Below, one piece after another: positions 42,350 to 54,083 of a stretch of 64,000 nt of DNA. The DNA is taken from the NCBI GenBank assembly GCA_963813715.1, contig CAWFAK010000009.1:192001-256000 (forward strand). The letters are read 5' to 3'. The DNA comes from an uncultured Planctomycetaceae bacterium (lineage in GTDB: Bacteria > Planctomycetota > Planctomycetia > Planctomycetales > Planctomycetaceae). The position numbers were made by a program, and so were the translations under genes. Below the pieces are notes generated by a model that saw only the letters and a program-made list of their open reading frames with translations, ran no database searches and was not told where the DNA came from. Every line of letters begins with the position of its first letter. Positions within the stretch are counted from its first letter, which is position 1.

Positions 42350-42403
42350 ATGCGGTGGCTTAGCCAACTGATCGCTGAGACACGGGCTCACACGATCTCG
42401 TGA
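42350..42403 (+). repeat. Diverged direct repeat of the IDO gene 3' end (41234-41287)
   Basis: 43/54 nt identical; MQWLGQLIAETRAHKIP* vs MRWLSQLIAETRAHTIS*. Confidence 0.85.
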
Positions 42404-42456
42404 GCAGACTCGCGCAAAGCGGTGAAACTGTCAGCGCATTCGATGCGATCGAGCGG

Positions 42457-42516
42457 CCCTCGCTCGCACTTCGGGTTGGTGCGGCGCATGCATGAACCCG
42501 ACGCGTCAAGCGAGGG
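42457..42516. repeat. Inverted REP doublet (REPIN-like)
   Basis: CCCTCGCTCGCACTTCGGGTT ... AACCCGACGCGTCAAGCGAGGG. Confidence 0.65.
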
Positions 42517-42725
42517 CAGTGCGGCAATACGTCCGCTTCAGGCCGGACTATCGCCGAAGCCGCCGTTTCTTGGCGACACGTGCTCAAGCGCAGTCACTCG
42601 ACAGCCGGATGCCAAGGGAGCGTTTGGTGGGCGCTGCAGAAGCGCCAACAACTCTACCTTAGCATCGGGGCCGTCGAAGGTGACCGTCACCGAAAGCTTG
42701 AAGAAGGCGTCGGACGTGCGAGAGA

Positions 42726-43097
42726 CTAGTAGCGTCCCCCGCCGTAACCGCCGCGGCCACCGCCGCCGCCGCCAGAGCGACCGCCGCCGCCACCGCCGCC
42801 AGAACGACCCCCGCCGCCGCCGTAGCCACCGCGCCCGCCGCCTCGGTCTTCACGAGGGCGAGCCTCATTGACCGTTAACGAGCGGCCGCCTGCCTCTTTG
42901 CCGTTCAGGCCATTGATCGCAGCCTGAGCTTCTTGATCGCTGCTCATCTCCACAAATCCAAAGCCCTTCGAACGGCCGGTATCGCGATCCATCACGATTT
43001 GCGCCGACTGCACGCTTCCGAAGGCCGCAAACATCTCCTCGAGAGATTCATTGCTCACGTCATAGGAGAGATTGCCGACGTACAACTTCTTGCCCAT
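42726..43097 (-). CDS. RRM RNA-binding protein with Gly-rich tail
   Basis: RNP2 LYVGNL, RNP1 KGFGFVEM, TVNEARPRE, RGG tail. Confidence 0.95.
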   Translation of the reverse strand: MGKKLYVGNLSYDVSNESLEEMFAAFGSVQSAQIVMDRDTGRSKGFGFVEMSSDQEAQAAINGLNGKEAGGRSLTVNEARPREDRGGGRGGYGGGGGRSGGGGGGGRSGGGGGGRGGYGGGRY

Positions 43098-43233
43098 TAC
43101 AACTTCCTTACCACTGAGAACGAACAGAATTGGTTTCAAGACAGGACGAAATTCACCGGGTTCATCAAATCGATGCCATCGTTCCGCCGTCGATGTCCCG
43201 GACCTAACAACTGCAGACGATGATTTTGACGAG

Positions 43234-44538
<1,305 letters not shown>

Positions 44539-44856
44539 TCAAGGTCCCAGTAGAGGAGGCGTCCAGGACCGAAATAGCGAGAAACGCACGTTGCGTCATC
44601 AGAGAACCAATGGACCTGGCAGTGATCCATTGGGCAACGGCCGCGTGGAGAGCACCGACAGGACTATAGCATTTCCGGCCGCAAGTTCAATGGAAGACAC
44701 GGGCCGACCTCGTTTTTCGGAGCCGAAATCCACTCGAAGGATCGCTCAAACATTCGGATCAGGTCGAGATTAACGCCCAACCTCTCTTCCACAACCGGCG
44801 ATTTCACCGATAATGCAGGATTCTCAGCCGATTCCCAAAGTCGCCGGGAGCTCAGC

Positions 44857-45909
44857 TTGGTCTCCGCAATACCTCTCGCGCCCGCGTCGACAAAGCATCT
44901 CGTAGCAAGTCCGTCGAAACCTGCCGCGACTTCGGTCGGCTTTCGTGGGATGACGACTCCGTTCCGTGAGCCCAAGCTCCGGCGGAGCCTGTTCCAGCTG
45001 GCTGTGTCGATCGTTCCATTCTGCCTGTTGTGGACGTTGATGTGGTTCAGCCTCCGTTATTCTTACGCGATCACCCTGGTCTTGGCGGTTCCGGCGGCGG
45101 GGCTTCTGGTGCGACTCTTCATCCTTCAGCATGACTGTGGTCACGGCTCATTTTTCCGATCCAAAGCCGCCAACGATGCGCTGGGCCGCATGTTGTCCCT
45201 GTTCACTTTCACGCCGTATGACCGCTGGCGGAAGAATCATGCGATTCACCATGCCACCTCGGGCGATCTCGATCGTCGCGGGTGCGGCGACGTGCACTTG
45301 CTGACTGTCGGCGAGTATCGAAATCGCTCTGCCATTCGACGGCTGATGTATCGAATCCACCGGCACCCCTTGATTTTGTTCGGAATCGGCCCGTTCATCT
45401 ATTTTGTCGTCTTCCAACGCTTCACGTTTCACGACCCGCATCTCTCGAAGAAGGAGCGGGCCAGTGTCTATTGGACGAATCTCGCGCTCTTCGCGGCCAT
45501 CGCGTTCCTCTCGTGGCTCGTCGGATTCAAGGAATTCCTGCTGATTCATTTGCCGCCAATGGCGATCGCCGCGTCGGTCGGAGCATGGCTCTTCTACGTG
45601 CAGCACCACTTCGAATCGACGTATTGGAAGCGAAACGACCGCTGGGACTATTTCCAGGCCGGATTGGCCGGCAGTTCCCTTTACGACTTGCCCGCCGTGC
45701 TCCGCTGGTTCACTGCCAACATCGGGCTGCATCACGTCCACCATCTCGACAGCCAGATCCCCAACTACCGTCTGCAAGAATGCATGGATGCCAATCCCGA
45801 ATTGCAGCACGTCGCCCGACTGACACTTTGGGGCAGCCTGTCGTGCGCGTCTCTGAGGCTGTGGGACGAAGAAAAGTCCGAGATGGTCGGCCTTAGGGAC
45901 CGCGACTGA
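44857..45909 (+). CDS. Membrane fatty acid desaturase (Des-like)
   Basis: His boxes HDCGH, HAIHH and HHVHH; start uncertain (44857 or 44950). Confidence 0.92.
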   Translation: MVSAIPLAPASTKHLVASPSKPAATSVGFRGMTTPFREPKLRRSLFQLAVSIVPFCLLWTLMWFSLRYSYAITLVLAVPAAGLLVRLFILQHDCGHGSFFRSKAANDALGRMLSLFTFTPYDRWRKNHAIHHATSGDLDRRGCGDVHLLTVGEYRNRSAIRRLMYRIHRHPLILFGIGPFIYFVVFQRFTFHDPHLSKKERASVYWTNLALFAAIAFLSWLVGFKEFLLIHLPPMAIAASVGAWLFYVQHHFESTYWKRNDRWDYFQAGLAGSSLYDLPAVLRWFTANIGLHHVHHLDSQIPNYRLQECMDANPELQHVARLTLWGSLSCASLRLWDEEKSEMVGLRDRD

Positions 45910-45992
45910 GATGTCCGCCCAGCCCGCGCACGCACCCACCGCTTCGATTCGACGCCTCGCGTTCGCTGCCGGCGCAAATCTGGCCCTGAAAT

Positions 45993-46027
45993 AAAAAAGC
46001 CCTTCGACGCATCGCCGAAGGGCTTTT
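45993..46027. terminator. Bidirectional intrinsic terminator between desaturase and tRNA-Pro
   Basis: AAAAAAGCCCTTCG-N9-CGAAGGGCTTTT. Confidence 0.75.
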
Positions 46028-46039
46028 AGTCACCGCGAG

Positions 46040-46114
46040 TCGGGGCGACAGGATTCGAACCTGCGACATCCAGCTCCCAAAGCTGGCGCTCTAGCCAGGC
46101 TGAGCTACGCCCCG
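46040..46114 (-). tRNA. tRNA-Pro(TGG), copy 1
   Basis: CGGGGCG acceptor stem, CCAGC-TTTGGGA-GCTGG anticodon arm, GGTTCGAATCC. Confidence 0.95.
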
Positions 46115-46400
46115 CGTCTGTTCTGTGCCGACACCCGGTCGAGGCGATGGGATCGCGCCGACCATTTTGTTGCGGCGTGATTGTACCGCGGCTCAAAGGG
46201 GCGTGCCACGGGCGTTAATTGGGTGGAACCGCTCCGGCATCGCGGTTTGGCGCCACCGGGGTCGCGATGAATTGGGAGTGCCGGCCGCCGGTTGCGACCT
46301 TCCGGCGGCCAGCGGTCCGGACGGGCGCGGGTCGACGCTTCGGTACGCGCAAAAAGCATCGGCATCTTCTTCGCACTGCCAGATCTACTGAGCAGGCTCT

Positions 46401-48308
46401 TCATCGCTTAATGTACTCCCCGGGACTTTTGATTTTTTCAGGAGACTCTCGCGCGAGTTTCATAAATTCGTCGATGCAGGGAGGGCAGCAGAAACGGTAT
46501 GTCTTTCCGCCCACGATCCATGTGCATTGTGCATTGGCTTTGGTGAGCGTGATCGGACAAATCGGGTCTCCTGGCTTGGGCTTGAAGTCGTGGGCGGAAT
46601 GAAAGCCGCGGTATTTTTCGGCCGCCGTGGTCGAACCGTTGGCCGCGACGTCGGCCGCGGTGTAGAGGCCCTTGGGCGTCAGATATAAATCCCGCGCCGC
46701 ATCGGCTGTCACCGTTTGCGGCATCGGTGTGTTCTCCGCTTCGAACGCGAAACGAAAACGCTCCTTGGAACTGAAGCTCGCCCGCATCCGCCGCTCAGCA
46801 CGGCCGATTTCCGCGACCAAACCGTGAACTGCGTCCTTGTCATCGTTGGCCAACTCATGCTCCAGGAGTTCCAATTGGTCCTCGACGGCTTTTGCCGTCG
46901 ACCGCTGGTAATCGCTTAAGTGCCACGTCCGCAGATAGACTCCGACTTGCAGCTTGCGGACCCAGTCGGCGTAAATCGGGATCCAATGCTCGGCGTGCTT
47001 GCGGTCGCCCGAGAGCGCCGCCGCGAGCGTTTCGGTTTGTGCGTTCGAGATCTGCTCGAAGGCCTCGCTCGATTGAGGGTAGTAGGTGTAACAGCCGACG
47101 ACGCTAACGCCGATCAACACGAGCAGCGCCGCGATTCCGAGGGTCAACGCCGATAGCGATTTGTTGTACCAGGCCGGAGTTGCGGCGGCCGCAGGAAGTG
47201 GCCGCTCGAGCCAGTCCTCGATGCGAATGCGGCGATCGAGCAGGCGCAGGGCAACGCCGACGAGCAATGCCGCTCCGAGGAACAGGGCGCCGTAGAGCTC
47301 ATGCACCTGAGTGTCCTGGCGAAGCTTATTCCAAACGACTTGCCCGAGACCGGTCATGCCGAAGGGGAATGGCCGGCAGTAAATGTCGAATGCATGCGTG
47401 TGATCGGCGGGTTCGATTTCCGACGGATAAAGCGGTCTTTCGACGCCGTACGAAAGCAGGAGAACGATACTCAACAACAGGCCCAGCCAGGCGGCCGCCT
47501 TTTTCCATCCGTAGGTCCGTTGCATCCAGAGTACGAGACCCAGGTTCGTGCCCGCGCCTAGCGTCAGCAGGGTGAAGGCTGCGCCGACGGAGTTGCCGTG
47601 CTGAAACATGGACCCCAACTGCGACATGGCCATCATCGGAGTCGCGTAGGCGGGGACGGCGATCGCCGCCATTAGGAGCGGCGCCCAGGGATTTTGGTGG
47701 CTCATCGTGCTTTGCAGCGAATTGTGCGGCAGCACGCAGCTCAACGCGACAACTCCCATGACTCCGACAACAATGAACAACAGGCTGGGACCGGCAATTT
47801 CCCGGGTGCCGACGACGGCGACGGCCAGCATGCGGCGGAGGCCTCGCGGAACTGGTTGCGGCGGAGTTTCGGCCGTGCCGGAATCTGGAAAGAGTCGATC
47901 CCAAATCAGCCCGACAACCGTGACGACGAGCAGTGTGCATAGCCCAAACGCGAGAATTGTTATGGGTTCCGATAAAGTCAGCCCGTAGAGCAGCGACAAG
48001 GGGTTAAACAGCGGAGCCGCCAAGGCGAATGCCAGAATCGTTCCCCCGCTCAAGCCGGCGCGTCGCATCTCTCGAGCGACGGGAATCACGCCCAGCGAAC
48101 AGATTGGAAGCACCATTCCGATCGCCCACGCGCGAGGGATTGCGGCACGCGTCCCATGGCCGAATAGCGTGCGAATCGCATCGGGTCCGAGCAAACGCCG
48201 AAAGACGCCGGCAATCACCAGGCCGGTCAATATGAACGGCGAAGCTTGAAGCAGACACTGCGCTCCCCGCAGCATTCCGCCCCAAAAAAATGTGTCGAAA
48301 ATCGCCAT
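46401..48308 (-). CDS. Permease (DUF318/ArsP-like) with C-terminal YHS-like Cys domain
   Basis: LPICSLGVIP, AAPLFNP, PAYATP; HTHAFDIYC; C-terminal ICPIT...YRFCCPPC. Confidence 0.8.
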   Translation of the reverse strand: MAIFDTFFWGGMLRGAQCLLQASPFILTGLVIAGVFRRLLGPDAIRTLFGHGTRAAIPRAWAIGMVLPICSLGVIPVAREMRRAGLSGGTILAFALAAPLFNPLSLLYGLTLSEPITILAFGLCTLLVVTVVGLIWDRLFPDSGTAETPPQPVPRGLRRMLAVAVVGTREIAGPSLLFIVVGVMGVVALSCVLPHNSLQSTMSHQNPWAPLLMAAIAVPAYATPMMAMSQLGSMFQHGNSVGAAFTLLTLGAGTNLGLVLWMQRTYGWKKAAAWLGLLLSIVLLLSYGVERPLYPSEIEPADHTHAFDIYCRPFPFGMTGLGQVVWNKLRQDTQVHELYGALFLGAALLVGVALRLLDRRIRIEDWLERPLPAAAATPAWYNKSLSALTLGIAALLVLIGVSVVGCYTYYPQSSEAFEQISNAQTETLAAALSGDRKHAEHWIPIYADWVRKLQVGVYLRTWHLSDYQRSTAKAVEDQLELLEHELANDDKDAVHGLVAEIGRAERRMRASFSSKERFRFAFEAENTPMPQTVTADAARDLYLTPKGLYTAADVAANGSTTAAEKYRGFHSAHDFKPKPGDPICPITLTKANAQCTWIVGGKTYRFCCPPCIDEFMKLARESPEKIKSPGEYIKR

Positions 48309-48324
48309 GTCAGCACCTTCAGAC

Positions 48325-49320
48325 TCAGCGTTTGGTCGGAGTGACGGGAACCGCAACGGCTGCAATGATTTCCGCGACGAATCGCTCGGCCGATTCAAAA
48401 TCGCCCACCAGGCGCACCGATAAAACGGGGACTGCAACGTCTTGGATGTCATCAGGTGTGACGAACTCGCGTCCTTGAAGCAGCGCGCGGGCTTGCGCCA
48501 CGCGCTGCCAGGTCAGGAGCCCGCGGGGACTCAGTCCCAATCGCACGGCTCGGTGTTCGCGAGTCGCCCGCCCCAGGTCGACCAGGTATTCGAGCAGGCT
48601 TTCGGTGACGGCAACGCGACTGACCTGGTCCTGAAGTTCAGCCAACGCCAACCGATCCACGGATTGGAGGTCGGCCGAGTGGGCATCCCGGCCGATCCTT
48701 GAAGCCAAGAGGCTCAACTCACTGGATCGGTCGGGATATCCGATCCGCACTTTCATTGCGAATCGATCGAGCTGAGCCTCGGGAAGCGGGTACGCCCCGT
48801 GACTCTCGACCGGGTTTTGCGTGGCAATGACGAAGAATGAGCCGGAAAGAGCTCGGCTGGCCCCGTCGATCGTCACCTGCCGCTCGGCCATCGCTTCAAA
48901 CAGGGCGCTTTGAGTTCGGGGTGTCGCGCGATTGATCTCGTCGGCCAAGAGCACGTCGGAAAACACCGGGCCTGGGAGAAACTCGAACTCGCGCGTCTTC
49001 TGATTGAAGATGTTGAAACCGGTAATGTCGCCCGGGAGGAGATCGGGTGTGCATTGCACGCGCGCGAATCGCCCGCCGACTGCGTGCGCCAGAGCCTTCG
49101 CCAGCGTGGTTTTCCCCAGTCCCGGCAGGTCGTCGAACAACAGATGGCCGCGCGCCAACAAACACGCGAGCACGAGCTCCGTGACTTCCTCTTTACCCAT
49201 AAGCGCGGAATTGAGTGCGCGGCGGAGTTCGCCAACGACGGGTCTACCCTCGCCGGGAGAATGCGCCGTCTGCGATTTGTGGCGGTGTCCGTCGTGCTTC
49301 GATTCCAAGCTTGTCGGCAT
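48325..49320 (-). CDS. MoxR-family AAA+ ATPase
   Basis: DLPGLGKT, RVQCTPDLLPGD, LADEINRA.PRTQSAL, ATQNPVE, YPLPEAQLDRF. Confidence 0.95.
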   Translation of the reverse strand: MPTSLESKHDGHRHKSQTAHSPGEGRPVVGELRRALNSALMGKEEVTELVLACLLARGHLLFDDLPGLGKTTLAKALAHAVGGRFARVQCTPDLLPGDITGFNIFNQKTREFEFLPGPVFSDVLLADEINRATPRTQSALFEAMAERQVTIDGASRALSGSFFVIATQNPVESHGAYPLPEAQLDRFAMKVRIGYPDRSSELSLLASRIGRDAHSADLQSVDRLALAELQDQVSRVAVTESLLEYLVDLGRATREHRAVRLGLSPRGLLTWQRVAQARALLQGREFVTPDDIQDVAVPVLSVRLVGDFESAERFVAEIIAAVAVPVTPTKR

Positions 49321-49342
49321 TCGAACCTCGTTTCTCTGTCAC

Positions 49343-51671
49343 TCAGAACACGCTTTGGCCCTGCATCGCAGCCAGCGAGGCCGCGCGGATTGCTTTGCGA
49401 CACACCTTGTGCACCTCAGTCTCTGGGACCGGGCATGCACTGACTTGCTGGGGGGCGTAAAGAACCCAGTCAAACAAATCGATCAGTCGTGAGTCGGACT
49501 CTGCACAGTTGGCGCTGAGAGCGCGAATCCGGGGACCGTGCCATTGGGCGAGTGTTCGATCGCGGGGCCGACCGAATCCGGCAAGGCGAGCACGCTGTTC
49601 CAATAGCCACATCGTCGCCAGCACTGCGTGACGGGGGCCGCCGAGCAATCGTCCGCGCCAAACCAGGCCGGCAACTTGATCGAGCAGGCGTCGTCGTCGC
49701 CAGGCTGCCGCAAACAACAAGGCCACGCCGAAGCCTGCGACCAGCCAATGCGCGCGAAGGGTTTTCTGCACGTGTGTGAGGAAGGCCGCAGGCCATCTCG
49801 CCATAAGTGCGGGCCATTCGTGGAGGTTCATAACCGGGTGTGGGTTCAATCGGATACCAGACTCCACTGGAGATCTCGACCTCCATCCAAAAGTGACCAT
49901 CCTCGCCCGAGACGGACGTCTGCCCCGCACGTCGGTCGTAACGCTTCGGGTCCGCGTAAAATCCGCTGACGGCGCGGGTCGGATAGCCGAGCGATCGAAG
50001 GATCAATCCAGCCGCGCTGACAAACAGGTAGTCGGGGCCTCGCCGCTCGCGAAAAAAGTGTCCGACGACGTCACGGCGATTGGGCGCCGCCAAAGCGTCA
50101 TCATCGAGAGTGAACTCATTTCGCAAGTGCTCAACCACCGCCTCGATCTGGGGCCAGCCGCGCGGCACGCCTTCGGTCCACTGAGTTCCCAGAGCCTTGG
50201 CTTCACTGACCGATGAGACATCGGGAAGCCGCGTCCAGAGAGCATTTTGGTCTCGAGGCAAATAGGGTGGGCGATGACGCACGGCGTCCGCGGCGATCAC
50301 GACGTTGACGAGGTCGATCGCCGTAAACTGGGGGATCCAGTCGCGGCCATGCATTTCCAGAACGCCGTCTGGTGTCCACTTGAAGAAACTGAGGCGATTG
50401 ACCCGATCGATGTGAAGGGAGCTCAAGAGCGGCGGCGAGGGAAATCGCGGCGATTTAAGGTTAATGATCTTGACGGAGTGGCGTTCCGCATCGACGACCC
50501 AGTTCTTGGGCACGGCGGTGAATTCAAGCCAGGGATTATCATCCGCCTCGTCCAGGGAGAGCGATGGCAGTGATTTGACTTCGGCTTCCTGGAACCAGGT
50601 GGCTCCGTCGAAGGCGTCATATCTTTCCATCGCCAAGTGCAGCGGCACCGGGCCTTTCAGGTAGAACAAGGCGTCGGACTCGGTGCCGTGAGGGCGGCTT
50701 TTCGCCTGAGCCGTGCGGCGGCGCACTGTCGAAAACTCACGGCCGGATCGCTTCGAATCGCTCGCTTTTTGATTCGGATCAGAGCTGACTTTGCCGCTTA
50801 ACGCGACCGCCCGCCCGACGCGCTGGGCCTTGGTAAGCGGCTCGCCATAACGGTCGTCGAGCATGTCGTAAAGGCTGGGCATCTGCGACTCGAGAAACGT
50901 CCCCGACTCGACCGGGCCGAACGACATCGGGTTTTGCTTTGCGGCGACCAGCATGTCGCCGTCGCCAACCCCCTGTCGCGCGTACGGGTCGGATTGGTGC
51001 TGCCCGCCCGAAGTCGGCATAAACCCGGGCATGGCCACCAACTCGCTGCGCACACCAGCAACGAGAGCGGCGGAGAGAATCATCAACACGCAAACGCCAA
51101 CCAACACTCCAGCGCGAACCGGCGTGTGGCGATGACATTCGACAGCGACGTGTCCTTGCAGTCGTTCCCAGTACGCGGCCATCAAGACCCAAAGGCCGAC
51201 GACCGCATAGATCGACGCGGGCACGAAGGCCGCGAGATGGTCTTCAATCGCGATGCAAAACAGCGTGAGAAAGCCGCTGAAGAGATACGAGGCGTGCCCA
51301 AAACCCCGCCGGCGGGAAAATACGGCCGTTCCGAGGGCCGCATTGCGCATGACCGCTAGCAGCACCAGCTCGAATGCCTCGCCGTCGCCGGTCAAGGTTC
51401 GCAGCGCTGTTTCGATCACTGGCGGCAGTGTCAGAAAGGCCGCTAATGCGATCGCTAGCGTGGCCCGAGGGCGCGGCCGGTCGAGACCGTCGCGCCGGCA
51501 CTCCCAGTAGAGACCTGCAAAAGCGATCGCGGTCGCGCTTAACTCAATCGCGACGTTCCACCATCGTTCACGTGAAGCACGGCGCACGACCTGAAAGGTC
51601 CCGGCGGCAAGTGCCGCCAGGATCAAACACGATGCACGCCGATCCGGCTTAGTTGTGCGACCAACCGTCAT
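49343..51671 (-). CDS. Membrane protein with transglutaminase-like domain (frameshift ~49790)
   Basis: N-terminal TM helices; LRSLGYPTRAVSGF, HFWMEV, IEPTPG; GPDYLF at the usual catalytic-Cys position. Confidence 0.8.
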
Positions 51672-52972
51672 GACAAAGTTGCTCCCACCGCCGCGTCAGG
51701 CTCATCAGTGGATCTTCCCGCCCGTCGATGACCAGGCACGCTCTCCGAAGCGACGAGCAATCGTCCGGCTGCTGCCTCGCGACCGCTGCCTTAGGTCCCT
51801 CTCCGTACGCGTCGAGGACGACAAATTGCGTGTCGCGATCGCGTTGGAACTTGCACCTCCATTCGGCAACCCTTGCCGGAGTGGTCACGACGAAGGCGAG
51901 CGCGCGATCAGCACCGTCGTGCCGGCAGGTTTCGCACTCACATTTGCCATCCGGCGACCAGACCGCCAAAGCATCCATCATCCGCTTCAGTCCCCGTTCT
52001 CCCGGGTTCGCGAGAACAAAGCGGTCGCCAAGGCAAAGTTGCGTATCGGCATGATGCGAGTGGAATTGCCGGCCGATCGAGGCGACGACGCGAATCAGAT
52101 TCTCGCAAGCTTCGCTTGACCTGCCCTGTTGACGCTCGGCGCCGGTATCGAAGATCAACTGGACACGTCGCCTCGCGCTGGCTTGCCGCTCGCAGACCAC
52201 GAGGCGATCATGCCGGGCCGTCTGGGACCAGTGCACGTGTCGTAGGGAATCGCCGTGCCGAAACGGGCGCAGGCCGGTTACATCGCCCTCGTCTCCGACG
52301 TGCCGGCTGTGTGCCGCGGCAATCGACAGCGACTCGCCGAGAATCGGAGGAATCGACTGCAGGCATGCCGTACGGGGCCACACCAGCAGTTCGTCTTCGA
52401 CGTCGATTTCGGCCTGAGCCTGCCACAGACCGAATGGGAATCCCGTTGCCAGCCGCGGTGTCTCGAGCGGATAACGTCCGCGCCGCGGAGGACAAAACTC
52501 CCACTCAAAGACGGTCCGTGACCAACCCGCGACCCGCGCCAAGCTAGCGGCGGGCTTCGAGTCCTCGCCATCCGCCGGCAAAAAGAAGCCGCGCTCGACC
52601 ATGAGGCCCCAAAGAGGCCACGGGCCAGCGATTGGAGACCGCAATCCGCACACGGACGACCGAGCCCTCGGTCGCCCGTGGCCGATCGAACGACAGTGAG
52701 CACGAGACTGCTCGCATCGCGATCCGCGGCCAGGCGATTCCAATCAGCGCCACTGCAATCAATGCGGCGCAAACGATCAGGGCTTGAGGCGCCACGCTGA
52801 TGCCAATCACCAGAGCTGCCGCGGCTCCCAGCGCAAACCAACCAACCGGCTGCTTGAGCCAGTAGACATAGCGGTTGGCCCACGGACAGAAATCGTGATT
52901 CAAGAAGCTGGCTAAGCGCTCGACGCAATGGACCATGACCTCTCCCTGCACGGATTCGACCGCTGGGGACAT
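51649..52972 (-). CDS. DUF58 protein (frameshift ~52610)
   Basis: RRGRY, FPFGL, LVWP, GLRPFRHGDSLRHVHW.QTAR. Confidence 0.85.
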
Positions 52973-53221
52973 GCCGCGCAGCCGCGTTGCGATGAACGCA
53001 GGCGCCGCAACGCACGATGCGGAACAAGTCCACGATCCTGGACTAGGTGCTGCAGTTTTTCGCGCCCAGTGCCTGAAGCGAAACCAGCCGTCAGCCAGTG
53101 CCCGTGGTGTGAGTCGAGGTCCAAGACCGATTCGAGAAACGGATCGACGACCGTTCGAACACCACGGCCAAGGCGCAGACCGATGACGCTACGTCGCGCG
53201 AAATTGAGGGACCTCGATCAG

Positions 53222-53629
53222 CTAAGCGGGAGGTCCGCGAGAGAGGGGCAGAGAGGGCCGCGGCGGCGCGCAAAAAGCGGGCACTCGCCGCTCGATGAGG
53301 TAGACCACACCGACGTTTTCAACGACCGTGAAGGTCGCCGGAGCGACGCCTTTAACCGCCAACAGGCGACAGGCAAAGCACGAGTCCTCGCACCGCGTTG
53401 GGCCGTGCGGACGGTGATGTGAATCTCCGTCTTCCCCGGCATGACCGCCTTCCGCGCAGCAGTCATTGCAATCCGCATTGGCCGCTACATCGCGAGCTTC
53501 GCGGGTGCATCCCGAACAATGATGCGCAGAATGGTCGTGCAGAGCCTGGACACCCACCGTCGCCAGCAGGTAGCCGACAAGCGAAAGGACAACCTTTACC
53601 CGCTTGGAGCGCATCATGACACGAGCCAT
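53222..53629 (-). CDS. Small His/Cys-rich protein (DUF2946-like)
   Basis: Signal-like segment, HDHSAHHC, CNDCC, CFAC, C-terminal RGPP. Confidence 0.65.
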   Translation of the reverse strand: MARVMMRSKRVKVVLSLVGYLLATVGVQALHDHSAHHCSGCTREARDVAANADCNDCCAEGGHAGEDGDSHHRPHGPTRCEDSCFACRLLAVKGVAPATFTVVENVGVVYLIERRVPAFCAPPRPSLPLSRGPPA

Positions 53630-53673
53630 TGGCTCCCATTAGATCGCCGACCACAACGAAAGTGAAGTGCAAG

Positions 53674-53688
53674 TGCAACTGAGTTGCA
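53674..53688. promoter_or_regulatory. Putative Fur-family (Zur-like) operator
   Basis: Perfect 7-1-7 palindrome TGCAACT-G-AGTTGCA, 45 bp upstream of the His/Cys-rich ORF. Confidence 0.6.
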
Positions 53689-54008
53689 TTATTTAGCTCA
53701 AAAAGAATTCCTCAGTTTCGAGCCCCGGACGGGAGCAACAGACAACACTCGTCATTAAGTCAATGGAGACGGCACTCGAATCCGAGCCCGAGTAGGGAGC
53801 CGTTTGGGTGTGTGGGGGCATTTCGCAAGTACGTGTTGCGCGATGCCGAAAGCCAGCGACAAGTCGCGCTGGACGCGGGCGAGGTGCTCGAGCGTTTCCA
53901 GGCGTACCGCGCGAGCCATCAGCCCACAGGGCCGGATGAGCATCGTTTGCTCAACCAATCGGATCGAGAAGAATCCGGATCGGAGGGCACGTCGTTAAGA
54001 AATGTAAG

Positions 54009-54083
54009 TCGGGGCGACAGGATTCGAACCTGCGACATCCAGCTCCCAAAGCTGGCGCTCTAGCCAGGCTGAGCTACGCCCCG
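54009..54083 (-). tRNA. tRNA-Pro(TGG), copy 2
   Basis: Identical to 46040-46114. Confidence 0.95.

Noticed and set aside
53812..54063. 83-aa ORF running into tRNA-Pro, possible integrase remnant
   Set aside because: No recombinase catalytic motif is recognisable and it overlaps the tRNA antisense.
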